From IMG/VR virus record IMGVR_UViG_3300007345_000003: DNA of 21,861 nt. One strand, 5' to 3'. A program made the translations under genes and the position numbers. Origin of the DNA: an uncultured virus (IMG/VR IMGVR_UViG_3300007345_000003) (taxonomy: Duplodnaviria > Heunggongvirae > Uroviricota > Caudoviricetes > Crassvirales). Positions 1 through 8,050 of this stretch are shown in pieces; position 1 is the stretch's first letter; each line of letters begins with the position of its first letter. Under the pieces are notes generated by a model. It searched no databases. It worked only from the letters and a program-made list of their open reading frames with translations, and was not told the origin of the DNA.

Positions 1-1
1 C

Positions 2-403
2 TCCTATGTGGGTGAGGAGATGCTCATAGATTTCATGCGTGCATGGGCTAACGTCGGTCGTGATGGTGAGTGTGCCATCGATGACATCGCAGCTGTGACT
101 AGCGGTGATGTGACTGAGCTCAAGCAGTATGTAAGCTCTCTCAAGGAGAACCGCTTGCGTCTCTTGATGGGTGTCAAGGATGACAAGTATCAGACTGTAT
201 ACACCAAGCACTTTGGTCGTGAGAAGCCACGTCGTGATGACTTGTTTATCAAGGCACTCAACGAGGACTATGGTGACTTCCGTGCAGAGTATGATCCTAA
301 CGATCTGACTCTCAAGAAGTGGGAACCTGGTGTTGTTCAGCCTAACGATACTGCAGCATCGACTGAGTCTGCTGAAGCTGATGTAGCTGCTGACTGGATA
401 TAA
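2..403 (+). CDS. C-terminal part of a phage replication protein, possibly single-stranded DNA-binding protein (5'-truncated)
   Basis: The frame is open from the window edge (tcc tat gtg ggt...), so the GTG at 8 is probably internal. It ends in a low-complexity acidic tail with a near-terminal aromatic residue (TESAEADVAADWI), as SSB tails do, and lies directly upstream of the primase. The SSB call is inference. Confidence 0.45.
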   Translation, partial: SYVGEEMLIDFMRAWANVGRDGECAIDDIAAVTSGDVTELKQYVSSLKENRLRLLMGVKDDKYQTVYTKHFGREKPRRDDLFIKALNEDYGDFRAEYDPNDLTLKKWEPGVVQPNDTAASTESAEADVAADWI

Positions 404-448
404 GATAAGGGGCCAGGCTGTATCTTTATAGTCTGGCCCTAACTTATC
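404..448 (+). promoter_or_regulatory. Stem-loop filling the entire intergenic spacer before the primase ATG
   Basis: GGGCCAGGCTGTA (410-422) pairs with TATAGTCTGGCCC (427-439) over 13 bp with two G:U pairs and loop TCTT. An outer stem pairs GATAAG (404-409) with CTTATC (443-448). No U-tract follows. Confidence 0.7.
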
Positions 449-1471
449 ATGATCGAAGCACGCAAGAGTGACGTATACCTAAGTAGAGATAACGTACTTG
501 AAAAAGTCTCTGAGTATCAGATATTTAAGTACTTTTGTAGAAACTTCAAAGAGATAGGTGTAAAGTTTCGTAGTGATCTTCGAGACGACAAGTCCCCCAC
601 AGTTGACATCTCCCTTATTGGGCAGAGGTTATTGTACAAGGACTTCGGTCACCCAGATCATACGTTCGATTGCTTTGCATATGTCGGTTACAAATACAAT
701 TTAGATTTCTATGGAACACTTATACACATTGATGGCTGTTTTGGGTTGGGTCTCTATACTGGTGTACGTGTTGGGCGGCCTGTACGAAAGGTGGAGCCAC
801 AAGTACGAGCAAAAACAAAAGCAGAAATCCGAGTCAGAGTAAGGGACTGGGACAGCAGAGATGCGGCCTACTGGAAACAGTTTGGTATCAGTAAAAAATT
901 ATTACGTATCTTTGATGTTCAACCCATTACACATGTCTGGATTAATGAACAACGTTTTTCGTGCAATAGTATCAGCTATCGTTACCGCTTTGACTGCGGT
1001 TATAAGATTTACCGTCCGCTTGAAGGAGATTTTAAATGGTTTTCTAACGTGGGGATGGAATGTCTTCAAGGCTATCGGCAGCTACCTGAACGTGGTGAGA
1101 CTTTGGTTCTCACAAGTTCCCTCAAGGATGTCATGTGTCTGGCGGTGCTTGACTACCCATCCATTGCTTTACAATCAGAGATGCTTGTGCCAAGTGAAGG
1201 CACCATCGAAGAAGCGCAAGCGCGTTTCAAAAAAGTAATCGTCCTCTACGACAACGACTTTGACAATCCTCGTAACCCTGGCCAGACAATGGCCGTTAAG
1301 ATCTGCGAGAAGTACGGACTTGACAATCTTGTCATACCTTCGTATTATAGGTCCAAGGATATCTCGGATCTAATAAAGGATCACGGGTTACAAGAAGCAA
1401 AAAATGTCATCGAGAGGAAAGAGAACAGGCGCACGTACATCAAGAAAGAAAGTACGGAACGCCAAGAGTAA
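449..1471 (+). CDS. DnaG-family (TOPRIM) DNA primase, crAss-like type, no helicase fusion
   Basis: 340 aa. Degenerate N-terminal Zn-binding-type domain (FRSDLRDDKSPT...YKDFG...DCF). TOPRIM elements LVLTSSLKDVMCL (from 1103), VLYDND (DxD at 1250-1258) and KDISD. Confidence 0.85.
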   Translation: MIEARKSDVYLSRDNVLEKVSEYQIFKYFCRNFKEIGVKFRSDLRDDKSPTVDISLIGQRLLYKDFGHPDHTFDCFAYVGYKYNLDFYGTLIHIDGCFGLGLYTGVRVGRPVRKVEPQVRAKTKAEIRVRVRDWDSRDAAYWKQFGISKKLLRIFDVQPITHVWINEQRFSCNSISYRYRFDCGYKIYRPLEGDFKWFSNVGMECLQGYRQLPERGETLVLTSSLKDVMCLAVLDYPSIALQSEMLVPSEGTIEEAQARFKKVIVLYDNDFDNPRNPGQTMAVKICEKYGLDNLVIPSYYRSKDISDLIKDHGLQEAKNVIERKENRRTYIKKESTERQE

Positions 1472-1877
1472 AGAAGTAGACGGTATCAAGTTTAGGTCTC
1501 AGCTAGAGGCCCACTGCTACAGGCAACTTAGAGATGCTGGTATCAAGTCAGACTATGAGAAGAAGAAGTATGTTCTCATGGAAGGCTTTCACTACAGCAA
1601 CGAGTCCTATGAGGACAATGGTAAGACAGGATTCCAGGACAAACAGAAATACAAAGTCCGGGATATTACTTACACTCCTGACTTCGTCGACCCACAAGGT
1701 CGATGGGTGATAGAGTGTAAAGGCTATGCGAATGAACGCTTCCCACTCAAGTGGAAAATGTTCAAGAAACTGCTGATGGAACAGGATGATCCTCCTGTAC
1801 TCTTCGTTCCGAGGAACCAGAAGCAGAACATCGAAACAGTAAACAAAATTCTAGAACTGATAGCCCCTACTAAATAG
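1404..1877 (+). CDS. PD-(D/E)XK endonuclease, T7 endonuclease I / DUF1064-like (candidate Holliday junction resolvase)
   Basis: 157 aa. DGIKFRSQLE, YTPDF and IECKG motifs, with a basic N-terminal arm. Overlaps the primase 3' end by 68 nt. Confidence 0.85.
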   Translation: MSSRGKRTGARTSRKKVRNAKSKEVDGIKFRSQLEAHCYRQLRDAGIKSDYEKKKYVLMEGFHYSNESYEDNGKTGFQDKQKYKVRDITYTPDFVDPQGRWVIECKGYANERFPLKWKMFKKLLMEQDDPPVLFVPRNQKQNIETVNKILELIAPTK

Positions 1878-1890
1878 GGGCTATTTTATT
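1860..1890 (+). terminator. Putative intrinsic terminator/attenuator overlapping the endonuclease stop
   Basis: Perfect 10-bp inverted repeat ATAGCCCCTA (1860-1869) / TAGGGGCTAT (1875-1884) with a 5-nt loop, followed by TTTATT and then the ATG at 1891. Confidence 0.7.
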
Positions 1891-4596
1891 ATGAGCATCA
1901 AGACAATTGGTAAGGCAGTGCAGAGTAGCTCGGCTGGCTTACAGAAGCGGATCAACAAGTCCGCTGAGAAACTTGTCTTTGACGTTCTTCAATCCTCACA
2001 ATACTCTACACCGATACCTTCAACCGTACGTGAGCTGGTGACCAACGCCTGCGATTCACAACGTGAGAAAGAGATTGCGTTGGAGATATTGTCTGGCAAG
2101 AAGAAGGTCGAGGACTACTACATCACCAGAGATGATGATGAATATGTTGACTCTAACTTCACACCAGAGTACTATGATCCTGAGTATCTTTGCGCCGATA
2201 ACAACAGAGTTATCGTTAGATACAAAGAGAATGACGGTACTGGCTTTTGTGATGTTTTTAGCGTTACTGACTACGGCGTGGGTATCGGCGAGTCTAGACT
2301 CGAAGGATACCTCGAACTGGGATTCTCAACTAAGAGAAACACAGCGGAGAACTTCGGAGCGTTCGGGCTCGGAGCCAAAGTCCCGCTCTCGACGGGCGTC
2401 GACTTCTACACTGTAGAGACAGCACACAACGGGAAGCTGTTCAAGATGAACTGCTATGCCTACAAAACAGACTTCCTAATTGGGAAGTTCACTGCTGCAG
2501 GTCATATCACACTGAGTGATGGGACCAAGGTTAACTACATAAATACAAGCGAACCCAACTTCACTAAGATATCCTTCGGTGTCAAGCGGCACAACCGCCA
2601 GAAGTTTATCGATGCAGTGCAGGATCAACTGAACTACATCGACAACGTTGACATGAAGTATGTCTATGAAGATGGACATGAGATGGATAAGAGTGTTCGG
2701 AGTGAAGTCCTCTACAACTCCGACAACTTGATCATCTCTGACACTTGGGCTTGGAGAAGGCCTCACATTGTCATGGTTAAATCCCAAGGAGCCACTACGG
2801 GTATTAACTATGGGTATGTGGACTTCAAAGAGCTTGAGATGGAGCAGCTATGGGGTGCAGTGGCAATCAAATGCCCAGCACGTCAGGCTTATCTAAATGA
2901 TGAGGGTAACGAGGTCGTCATTCAGGATGGCGTCGAAGTTACTCCATCGCGTGAGAAAGTAATATGGAATGAGCACACTAAGAAATACATTCAAGGCGCT
3001 ATTGAGAGGGCAGCTCAAGACGCAGCGAATGTGATTAGTGAGCAGTTAGACGAAGATGATTTTCTTACCTGGGTTAAGAAGTGCAGTGAGGTGATCTACA
3101 AGAACACCGGTAACGACAGTGTACTTCGACAGCTGGGTGAGATGGTAGACAAAGAGAATATCAAACCTAAGTACAGCGACACTGGTATAACCTTTGCCTC
3201 TCCTGGAGGCATCCTGAAAGGTTACAAGGTTCGCAACGTAAGCAGGATTTACAGTAAAGGAAACTATGAATTACGAAGAGAAGAAGTAGGATGGGGCCAA
3301 GTCAATTGGGACAACCTGTACTTCGTCCAAGGTAACCCTTCGGCCAATAAGGACCTGTACCTTTTGCAGGAGGGAACCCTTACTCTCATTACAGAACATC
3401 ACCCAACGAATACTTACAACGATCCTAAAGTACAAGCGAAGATTGACTCCATCAATCTCTCTCGAGTTGCTAACTGGGAGTTGTTTAAGGATTCGCCGCT
3501 GGTGAAGTTCAACTATGACGAGATAGAAGTACCGGCCGATTTCAACAAGGTTCTAGAAAAGCAGGAAGAAGTTGAAGGTCTGAAGAACAGATACCGCTTC
3601 ATGACACCAGAGGAAAGACGTAATGTAGCTAACGAGGTAGTACTCTACACGCTACGACGTCCGTACGCTGGTGATAAGAAGTGGTGTAACGATATTTCAG
3701 ATTGGACATGGGACAAAGTGGAAGCACCACTGCAGTTGATTCAGAACACTGACATAGAAACGTACTATGGTACCAGTGAAGACGAGTCTATGCTGCAGCT
3801 GGCTGCTACTATCTGCGCCCCCACAGTTCCTAGCTGGCAAGATGTGTATCCTACACTATCCATGTACCACCCGTATGCAAACACGGATACTCAAGTGGCT
3901 AACGAGAACCCTGTGTTCACAGAGTTCAGGCCACATAGGTTCCGCAATGATCATAACGGTAGTTGGATGAGTCAGGTAGACACAGAACCCACCAAGGTTA
4001 CAGACATACAACTGTTCAAAGTATCAGGTGCATTGTCTAAGAAGATGGTTGGGGATAACGTTAAGCACATCAGTGAATTCTTTTCCGTCCTACATGAAAA
4101 CAAATGGAGTATGCACAGTAAAGTTCGAGAGTGGGCAACAGGATGTATGTTGCCTCATGTACCCAACTGGTTTGAAAAGTTGAAAGAAGTCGATCCTAAG
4201 TACAAAGATGTGCTGGATAAGCTTCGGCCGTATGACAAGTACCGTCACCACAGTAGATACTGGAATCACAACGATGATGAATTCAAAGAGATCATTGATC
4301 TCATGAAGAAGATGCACCAGCTGCAGTCCTTCATGCTAGATGATCACGATGATGAAGCCGTTGCCCAGAAGTCTATGGAGCTGTTTAAGGTGGCGGATGC
4401 AGATTGTACGATTGCTGACGCTGACATCCACATACTCGGTCAGTACTTGGACGAGTTCCTTGAGCCACTATATCCACTCTTCGAACGTATCAACTTCCCT
4501 TACCGCAGTGAGAATAACGACTGTGATAAGTTCTGGAAGGAGATCCGTGCGTACCTTGAACTGAAAGACAGACACAATTTTGAACCACCATTATGA
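1891..4596 (+). CDS. rIIA: T4 rIIA-like protein with N-terminal GHKL (Hsp90/MutL-like) ATPase domain
   Basis: 901 aa. GHKL motifs VRELVTNACDS (N-box), VTDYGVGI (G1) and GFSTK...GAFGLGAK (G2), plus VTPSREK. Immediately followed by an rIIB-like gene. Confidence 0.8.
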   Translation: MSIKTIGKAVQSSSAGLQKRINKSAEKLVFDVLQSSQYSTPIPSTVRELVTNACDSQREKEIALEILSGKKKVEDYYITRDDDEYVDSNFTPEYYDPEYLCADNNRVIVRYKENDGTGFCDVFSVTDYGVGIGESRLEGYLELGFSTKRNTAENFGAFGLGAKVPLSTGVDFYTVETAHNGKLFKMNCYAYKTDFLIGKFTAAGHITLSDGTKVNYINTSEPNFTKISFGVKRHNRQKFIDAVQDQLNYIDNVDMKYVYEDGHEMDKSVRSEVLYNSDNLIISDTWAWRRPHIVMVKSQGATTGINYGYVDFKELEMEQLWGAVAIKCPARQAYLNDEGNEVVIQDGVEVTPSREKVIWNEHTKKYIQGAIERAAQDAANVISEQLDEDDFLTWVKKCSEVIYKNTGNDSVLRQLGEMVDKENIKPKYSDTGITFASPGGILKGYKVRNVSRIYSKGNYELRREEVGWGQVNWDNLYFVQGNPSANKDLYLLQEGTLTLITEHHPTNTYNDPKVQAKIDSINLSRVANWELFKDSPLVKFNYDEIEVPADFNKVLEKQEEVEGLKNRYRFMTPEERRNVANEVVLYTLRRPYAGDKKWCNDISDWTWDKVEAPLQLIQNTDIETYYGTSEDESMLQLAATICAPTVPSWQDVYPTLSMYHPYANTDTQVANENPVFTEFRPHRFRNDHNGSWMSQVDTEPTKVTDIQLFKVSGALSKKMVGDNVKHISEFFSVLHENKWSMHSKVREWATGCMLPHVPNWFEKLKEVDPKYKDVLDKLRPYDKYRHHSRYWNHNDDEFKEIIDLMKKMHQLQSFMLDDHDDEAVAQKSMELFKVADADCTIADADIHILGQYLDEFLEPLYPLFERINFPYRSENNDCDKFWKEIRAYLELKDRHNFEPPL

Positions 4597-5750
4597 TATC
4601 TATTAATGTTATAGGTGACATGATATCCGGTAGCTACGGCAACACCCCGTTCTCTCGTTCATTCGAGAAGGATATCTATGAGCAGATGTTGGAGCTTGCT
4701 GACAAAGCAGACAATGTTGCTACGGTGGAAGAATACAATGATGTGCTCGCTGAGTTCGCATTGTTAACTACAGAGGATCTTACTACAAGACGTCACGTTG
4801 CAGATGTTGCAGGTGATATATTCTTGAGTAAGGATTCCGCTGGTAGGTATTTCCTAGAGTATGAAGATGGTGATGTCATCAATACCCCACTACCTGAGTC
4901 CCTGGTCAACAGGATGCTTGACTCATTCGACAGCGGTATTGAGACAACACCACTCGTCAAGCTCTGGCTGAGATGGCTACGTAATCCTATACTTCGCAAG
5001 AAGACAAAGAAGGGTAAAGGTGAAGAGTTCACCAAGCGCTTCTTTGAATTTATCGACATGAAGTACGTGCACCCTGCACTCCGTCTGGAGTATATGGAGG
5101 AGCATGGACTGAGTGAAGAGCTCGCTACAGAGCGAGCAACCATGTACCAAGTGAAGATCACCAAAGAGGGTCTGGTCAATGCTTTCAAGGTCTCGAAAGA
5201 GATCATGACTAAGTATGACACTGAGACTGGGGAAGAAGTTCCTCGCTATCAGCGGACCTTCAATCCTGACACAGGTGAGATCGATAGTGAGGGACTCCCC
5301 GAACACGTGGAGGACAGACTCTTCGAACCTGCTGTCTGGAGTAGCGGTGATAAGTTCTACTGTGAGGGTGCCAACGGCTACTCTGACCCACAGTACTTCA
5401 TCAAGGTTGGTTGTGTACACAGACTCCCATCATGGGATATGGTAGACACTGACGATGATAGAAGCTGTGTGAAGGGTCTCCACGTTGGTGGTCTCAAGTA
5501 TATCGCTTGGTACTCTGGAGAGATTCACAATGTGTTTATCGATCCTATGCATGTTGGTGCCGTCCCTGATTCTCAGGACGGAGCTATTCGTTGTCTGCAG
5601 TACTTCGTACACTCTAGCTTGGCTGGTGTGAACGGTAGTATGTATCACTCCTCTACCTATGCTGCTCTTACAGATGAGCAGTGGGAAGAGATGAAGGATG
5701 AGATAATAGATAAGCATACCGGCAGAATAGAGAAAGTTAGACAGCTATAA
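4593..5750 (+). CDS. rIIB: T4 rIIB-like protein
   Basis: 385 aa, ATGA overlap with rIIA. Contains LVKLWLRWLRNP, ITKEGLVNAFK, KVG...VDTDDDRSCVKGLHVG (matching the rIIB C-x-x-G-L-H motif) and IDPMHVGAVPD. Confidence 0.75.
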   Translation: MISINVIGDMISGSYGNTPFSRSFEKDIYEQMLELADKADNVATVEEYNDVLAEFALLTTEDLTTRRHVADVAGDIFLSKDSAGRYFLEYEDGDVINTPLPESLVNRMLDSFDSGIETTPLVKLWLRWLRNPILRKKTKKGKGEEFTKRFFEFIDMKYVHPALRLEYMEEHGLSEELATERATMYQVKITKEGLVNAFKVSKEIMTKYDTETGEEVPRYQRTFNPDTGEIDSEGLPEHVEDRLFEPAVWSSGDKFYCEGANGYSDPQYFIKVGCVHRLPSWDMVDTDDDRSCVKGLHVGGLKYIAWYSGEIHNVFIDPMHVGAVPDSQDGAIRCLQYFVHSSLAGVNGSMYHSSTYAALTDEQWEEMKDEIIDKHTGRIEKVRQL

Positions 5751-6520
5751 TGAGTAGCGTCGAACGACTTCCGCCCGATGGGAACATATGTCTCATCGAT
5801 GCAGACTCTCTGTTGTACTATGAGATGGATAAGCCTACGTATGAGGAAGCAATCTATGGATTGGATACTCGTATCAAGCAGATCCTTGACGCGTGCAACA
5901 CTACATTGTATGACGGGTACTTCACATCAGGCCGATGCTTTCGGTATGATGTGGACCCCGGATACAAAGGGAACAGAAAGAATGGTAGACCTAAACCCCC
6001 AATCTTTTATGCTATGAAAGAGTACCTCATCCAGAGGTATGGCTTCTGGTATATGAAGCAATTGGAGGCAGACGATCTCGTGAGTTACTATTCATACAGT
6101 GATAATCGATCTACCATCGTATGTTCTCCTGATAAGGATGTGCTTGGCCAGTGTCTGGGCATGCACTACAACTATCAGAAGGGAGAGTTCTGGCACACGA
6201 CCCCTGCAGAAGCTAACAAGTTTTTGTGGAAGCAGGTGCTTATGGGCGACAGCACAGATAACATCAAGGGTCTACCTGGTGTTGGGGAAAAGACATCAGA
6301 CAACTGGCTAAAGAATCGAACGAAAGACTTCGAGGGCTTTGCCGTAAAGCAGTATGTCGAAAAGTTTGGTATGGTGAAAGGACTCATGGAGTTTCACAAA
6401 ACATTCAGGCTTGTCTATCTATTGAAGACAGACGAGGATGTGTGGCGTGAGACTGAGCTAGAGCTACCTCCACTAGATGTTAAACAAGTAAAGCCCCAAG
6501 ACAATGGTGACCTGTGGTAA
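5750..6520 (+). CDS. 5'-3' exonuclease / flap endonuclease (T7 gp6 / PolA N-terminal PIN-like family)
   Basis: 256 aa. LIDADS, YKGNRK, LEADD, SPDKD and the H3TH motif GDSTDNIKGLPGVG. TAATG overlap with rIIB. Confidence 0.9.
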   Translation: MSSVERLPPDGNICLIDADSLLYYEMDKPTYEEAIYGLDTRIKQILDACNTTLYDGYFTSGRCFRYDVDPGYKGNRKNGRPKPPIFYAMKEYLIQRYGFWYMKQLEADDLVSYYSYSDNRSTIVCSPDKDVLGQCLGMHYNYQKGEFWHTTPAEANKFLWKQVLMGDSTDNIKGLPGVGEKTSDNWLKNRTKDFEGFAVKQYVEKFGMVKGLMEFHKTFRLVYLLKTDEDVWRETELELPPLDVKQVKPQDNGDLW

Positions 6521-7283
6521 AATCAAGCTGACCCCTATCAGTGGAAGAACCGTTCGGCTGTCAGGTGATCTCACCAAGTGTAAGACTAAGAAGGATGACA
6601 ACAAGAAGATCGTCTCTATCAATTGTGAGTATGATGATTGTGACATGACTATCAAGGTTGGGCAAACAGTCAGGCCAAAACCCAAGCACCCACATCGTGT
6701 GAATGTGATTGCAGCTGGGCGTACGGCTACAGAGATTGTATGCTACGACCTCATGATAGCAGAGGTGAACACCACCAGTGTGTTTGCTCTCCCCTTCATG
6801 GGCGGCAATAGAAAGCTGTTCATGTGGGATTCACAATTCGTCAATGCTTTCATTGGTACACCTGAGGACGAGAACTGTATTTGTCTTTTGTATCGATACT
6901 CTGGGGACTCTATGTTCCTGAAGTTCGAGTCTGCGCTTTGCGCATTCAGAAACTTTCGTCGCAGGTATGACCCAAACCCATACCATGTGATGTTTGTATT
7001 TGACGTGCCCAAGAGCTGTCAAGCATCGTTTGAACACTATGTCAACGGCAGATACTCTGAGATAGATGACTTGTGGAAGCTCAAGATACTTGAGTTCCAT
7101 GGGTTTGATATCGATGGGCATACAGGCAAGATTCTCTTTCAGTCGGATAGCTTGCGCTACGAGCTTGAGGATAAGCTCGACGTAACCCTCCCACCAGATA
7201 GTGAACTGTATGATAAACCTAATCCAGAGAAAGAGATATTTAATCCTGAATACTACGATATAGAATTAAGTGTACTAAAATGA
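6504..7283 (+). CDS. Hypothetical phage protein
   Basis: 259-aa ORF that exactly fills the gap between exonuclease (17-nt overlap) and UDG (ATGA overlap). No catalytic motif recognised. Confidence 0.8.
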   Translation: MVTCGKIKLTPISGRTVRLSGDLTKCKTKKDDNKKIVSINCEYDDCDMTIKVGQTVRPKPKHPHRVNVIAAGRTATEIVCYDLMIAEVNTTSVFALPFMGGNRKLFMWDSQFVNAFIGTPEDENCICLLYRYSGDSMFLKFESALCAFRNFRRRYDPNPYHVMFVFDVPKSCQASFEHYVNGRYSEIDDLWKLKILEFHGFDIDGHTGKILFQSDSLRYELEDKLDVTLPPDSELYDKPNPEKEIFNPEYYDIELSVLK

Positions 7284-8014
7284 ATGATAAGTTGAAGAAC
7301 AAGCTTGGGGACTGGTGGCCGGTCCTCAAGCCCATCTTTGACTCACAGAAGTTTATGGCTCTGCGTGACGCTCTTAAGCAGGAATACAGTTCAGGTCAAG
7401 TTTACCCCTCTCCGGGTAACGTATTCCGTGCTTTTGAGCTCACGCAGTTTCATGACTTGCGTGTAGTCATACTAGGTCAGGACCCATATCACAATGGGAT
7501 CGCCACTGGTCTAGCGTTTGCAACTAACAATGGGAAGATGTCTCCCAGTCTAAGGAATATTGTCAGGGAATTGCATGACAGCTACTATGTAGATGTCAAG
7601 GATGACTTTGACACAAGCCTCGAGCACTGGGCGAAGCAGGGTGTGCTCCTCATCAATACGTCACTGACTGTGCGTAAGGGGCAGCCTAATTCTCACAAGA
7701 AGATATGGGATGGGTTTACTCTTCAGGTAATCAAACGCATCATTGCCAACCACAAGAACGTTGTGTTCGTAGCGTGGGGTAAGGATGCTGCTGACCTGAT
7801 GACCAAAGCCTATGTCAAGCACGAAGAACCTATCATGTCCCTCTTCCCTGAGGAGTGTGAGACGTCACACTATCTGTTGACTGCACCGCATCCTGCGGCT
7901 GAAGCATACTCAGGTGGTAAGGCAGGGTTCTTTGGGTGCGACCACTTTGTCAAGATCAATAAACATCTTGAGAAGTCCATAGATTTCTTTAACGCTATAC
8001 CAGAACAAGTTTAA
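7280..8014 (+). CDS. ung: Uracil-DNA glycosylase, family 1
   Basis: 244 aa. VVILGQDPYH (GQDPYH at 7475-7492), GLAF, SPSLRNI, WAKQGVLLIN, SH..IWDGFT, VFVAWG, HPAAE (variant of HPSPL) and GFFGCDHF. Confidence 0.95.
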   Translation: MNDKLKNKLGDWWPVLKPIFDSQKFMALRDALKQEYSSGQVYPSPGNVFRAFELTQFHDLRVVILGQDPYHNGIATGLAFATNNGKMSPSLRNIVRELHDSYYVDVKDDFDTSLEHWAKQGVLLINTSLTVRKGQPNSHKKIWDGFTLQVIKRIIANHKNVVFVAWGKDAADLMTKAYVKHEEPIMSLFPEECETSHYLLTAPHPAAEAYSGGKAGFFGCDHFVKINKHLEKSIDFFNAIPEQV

Positions 8015-8041
8015 AAAAGGGGGCCTTACGGTCCCCCTTTT
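8013..8041. terminator. Bidirectional intrinsic terminator between the convergent modules
   Basis: AAAAAA GGGGGCC TTAC GGTCCCCC TTTT. On the - strand it reads GGGGGACC-GUAA (GNRA tetraloop)-GGCCCCC-UUUUUU; on the + strand the stem is followed by UUUU. It lies between stops at 8014 (+) and 8051 (-). Confidence 0.9.
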
Positions 8042-8050
8042 ACTGGCCCT

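Noticed and set aside
1398..1471. A-run at the primase/endonuclease overlap as a programmed frameshift fusing the two
   Set aside because: The nuclease has its own ATG right after the A-run, the shift would be +1, and no stimulatory structure is evident.
1875..1893. Possible TAG read-through or stop-codon reassignment as in some crAss-like phages
   Set aside because: rIIA is not in frame with the endonuclease, and all long genes are intact under the standard code.
5214..5279. Repeated YDTETGE / FNPDTGE peptides in rIIB
   Set aside because: [DN]xxTGE is a very common beta-hairpin turn, and there is no nucleotide-level repeat array.
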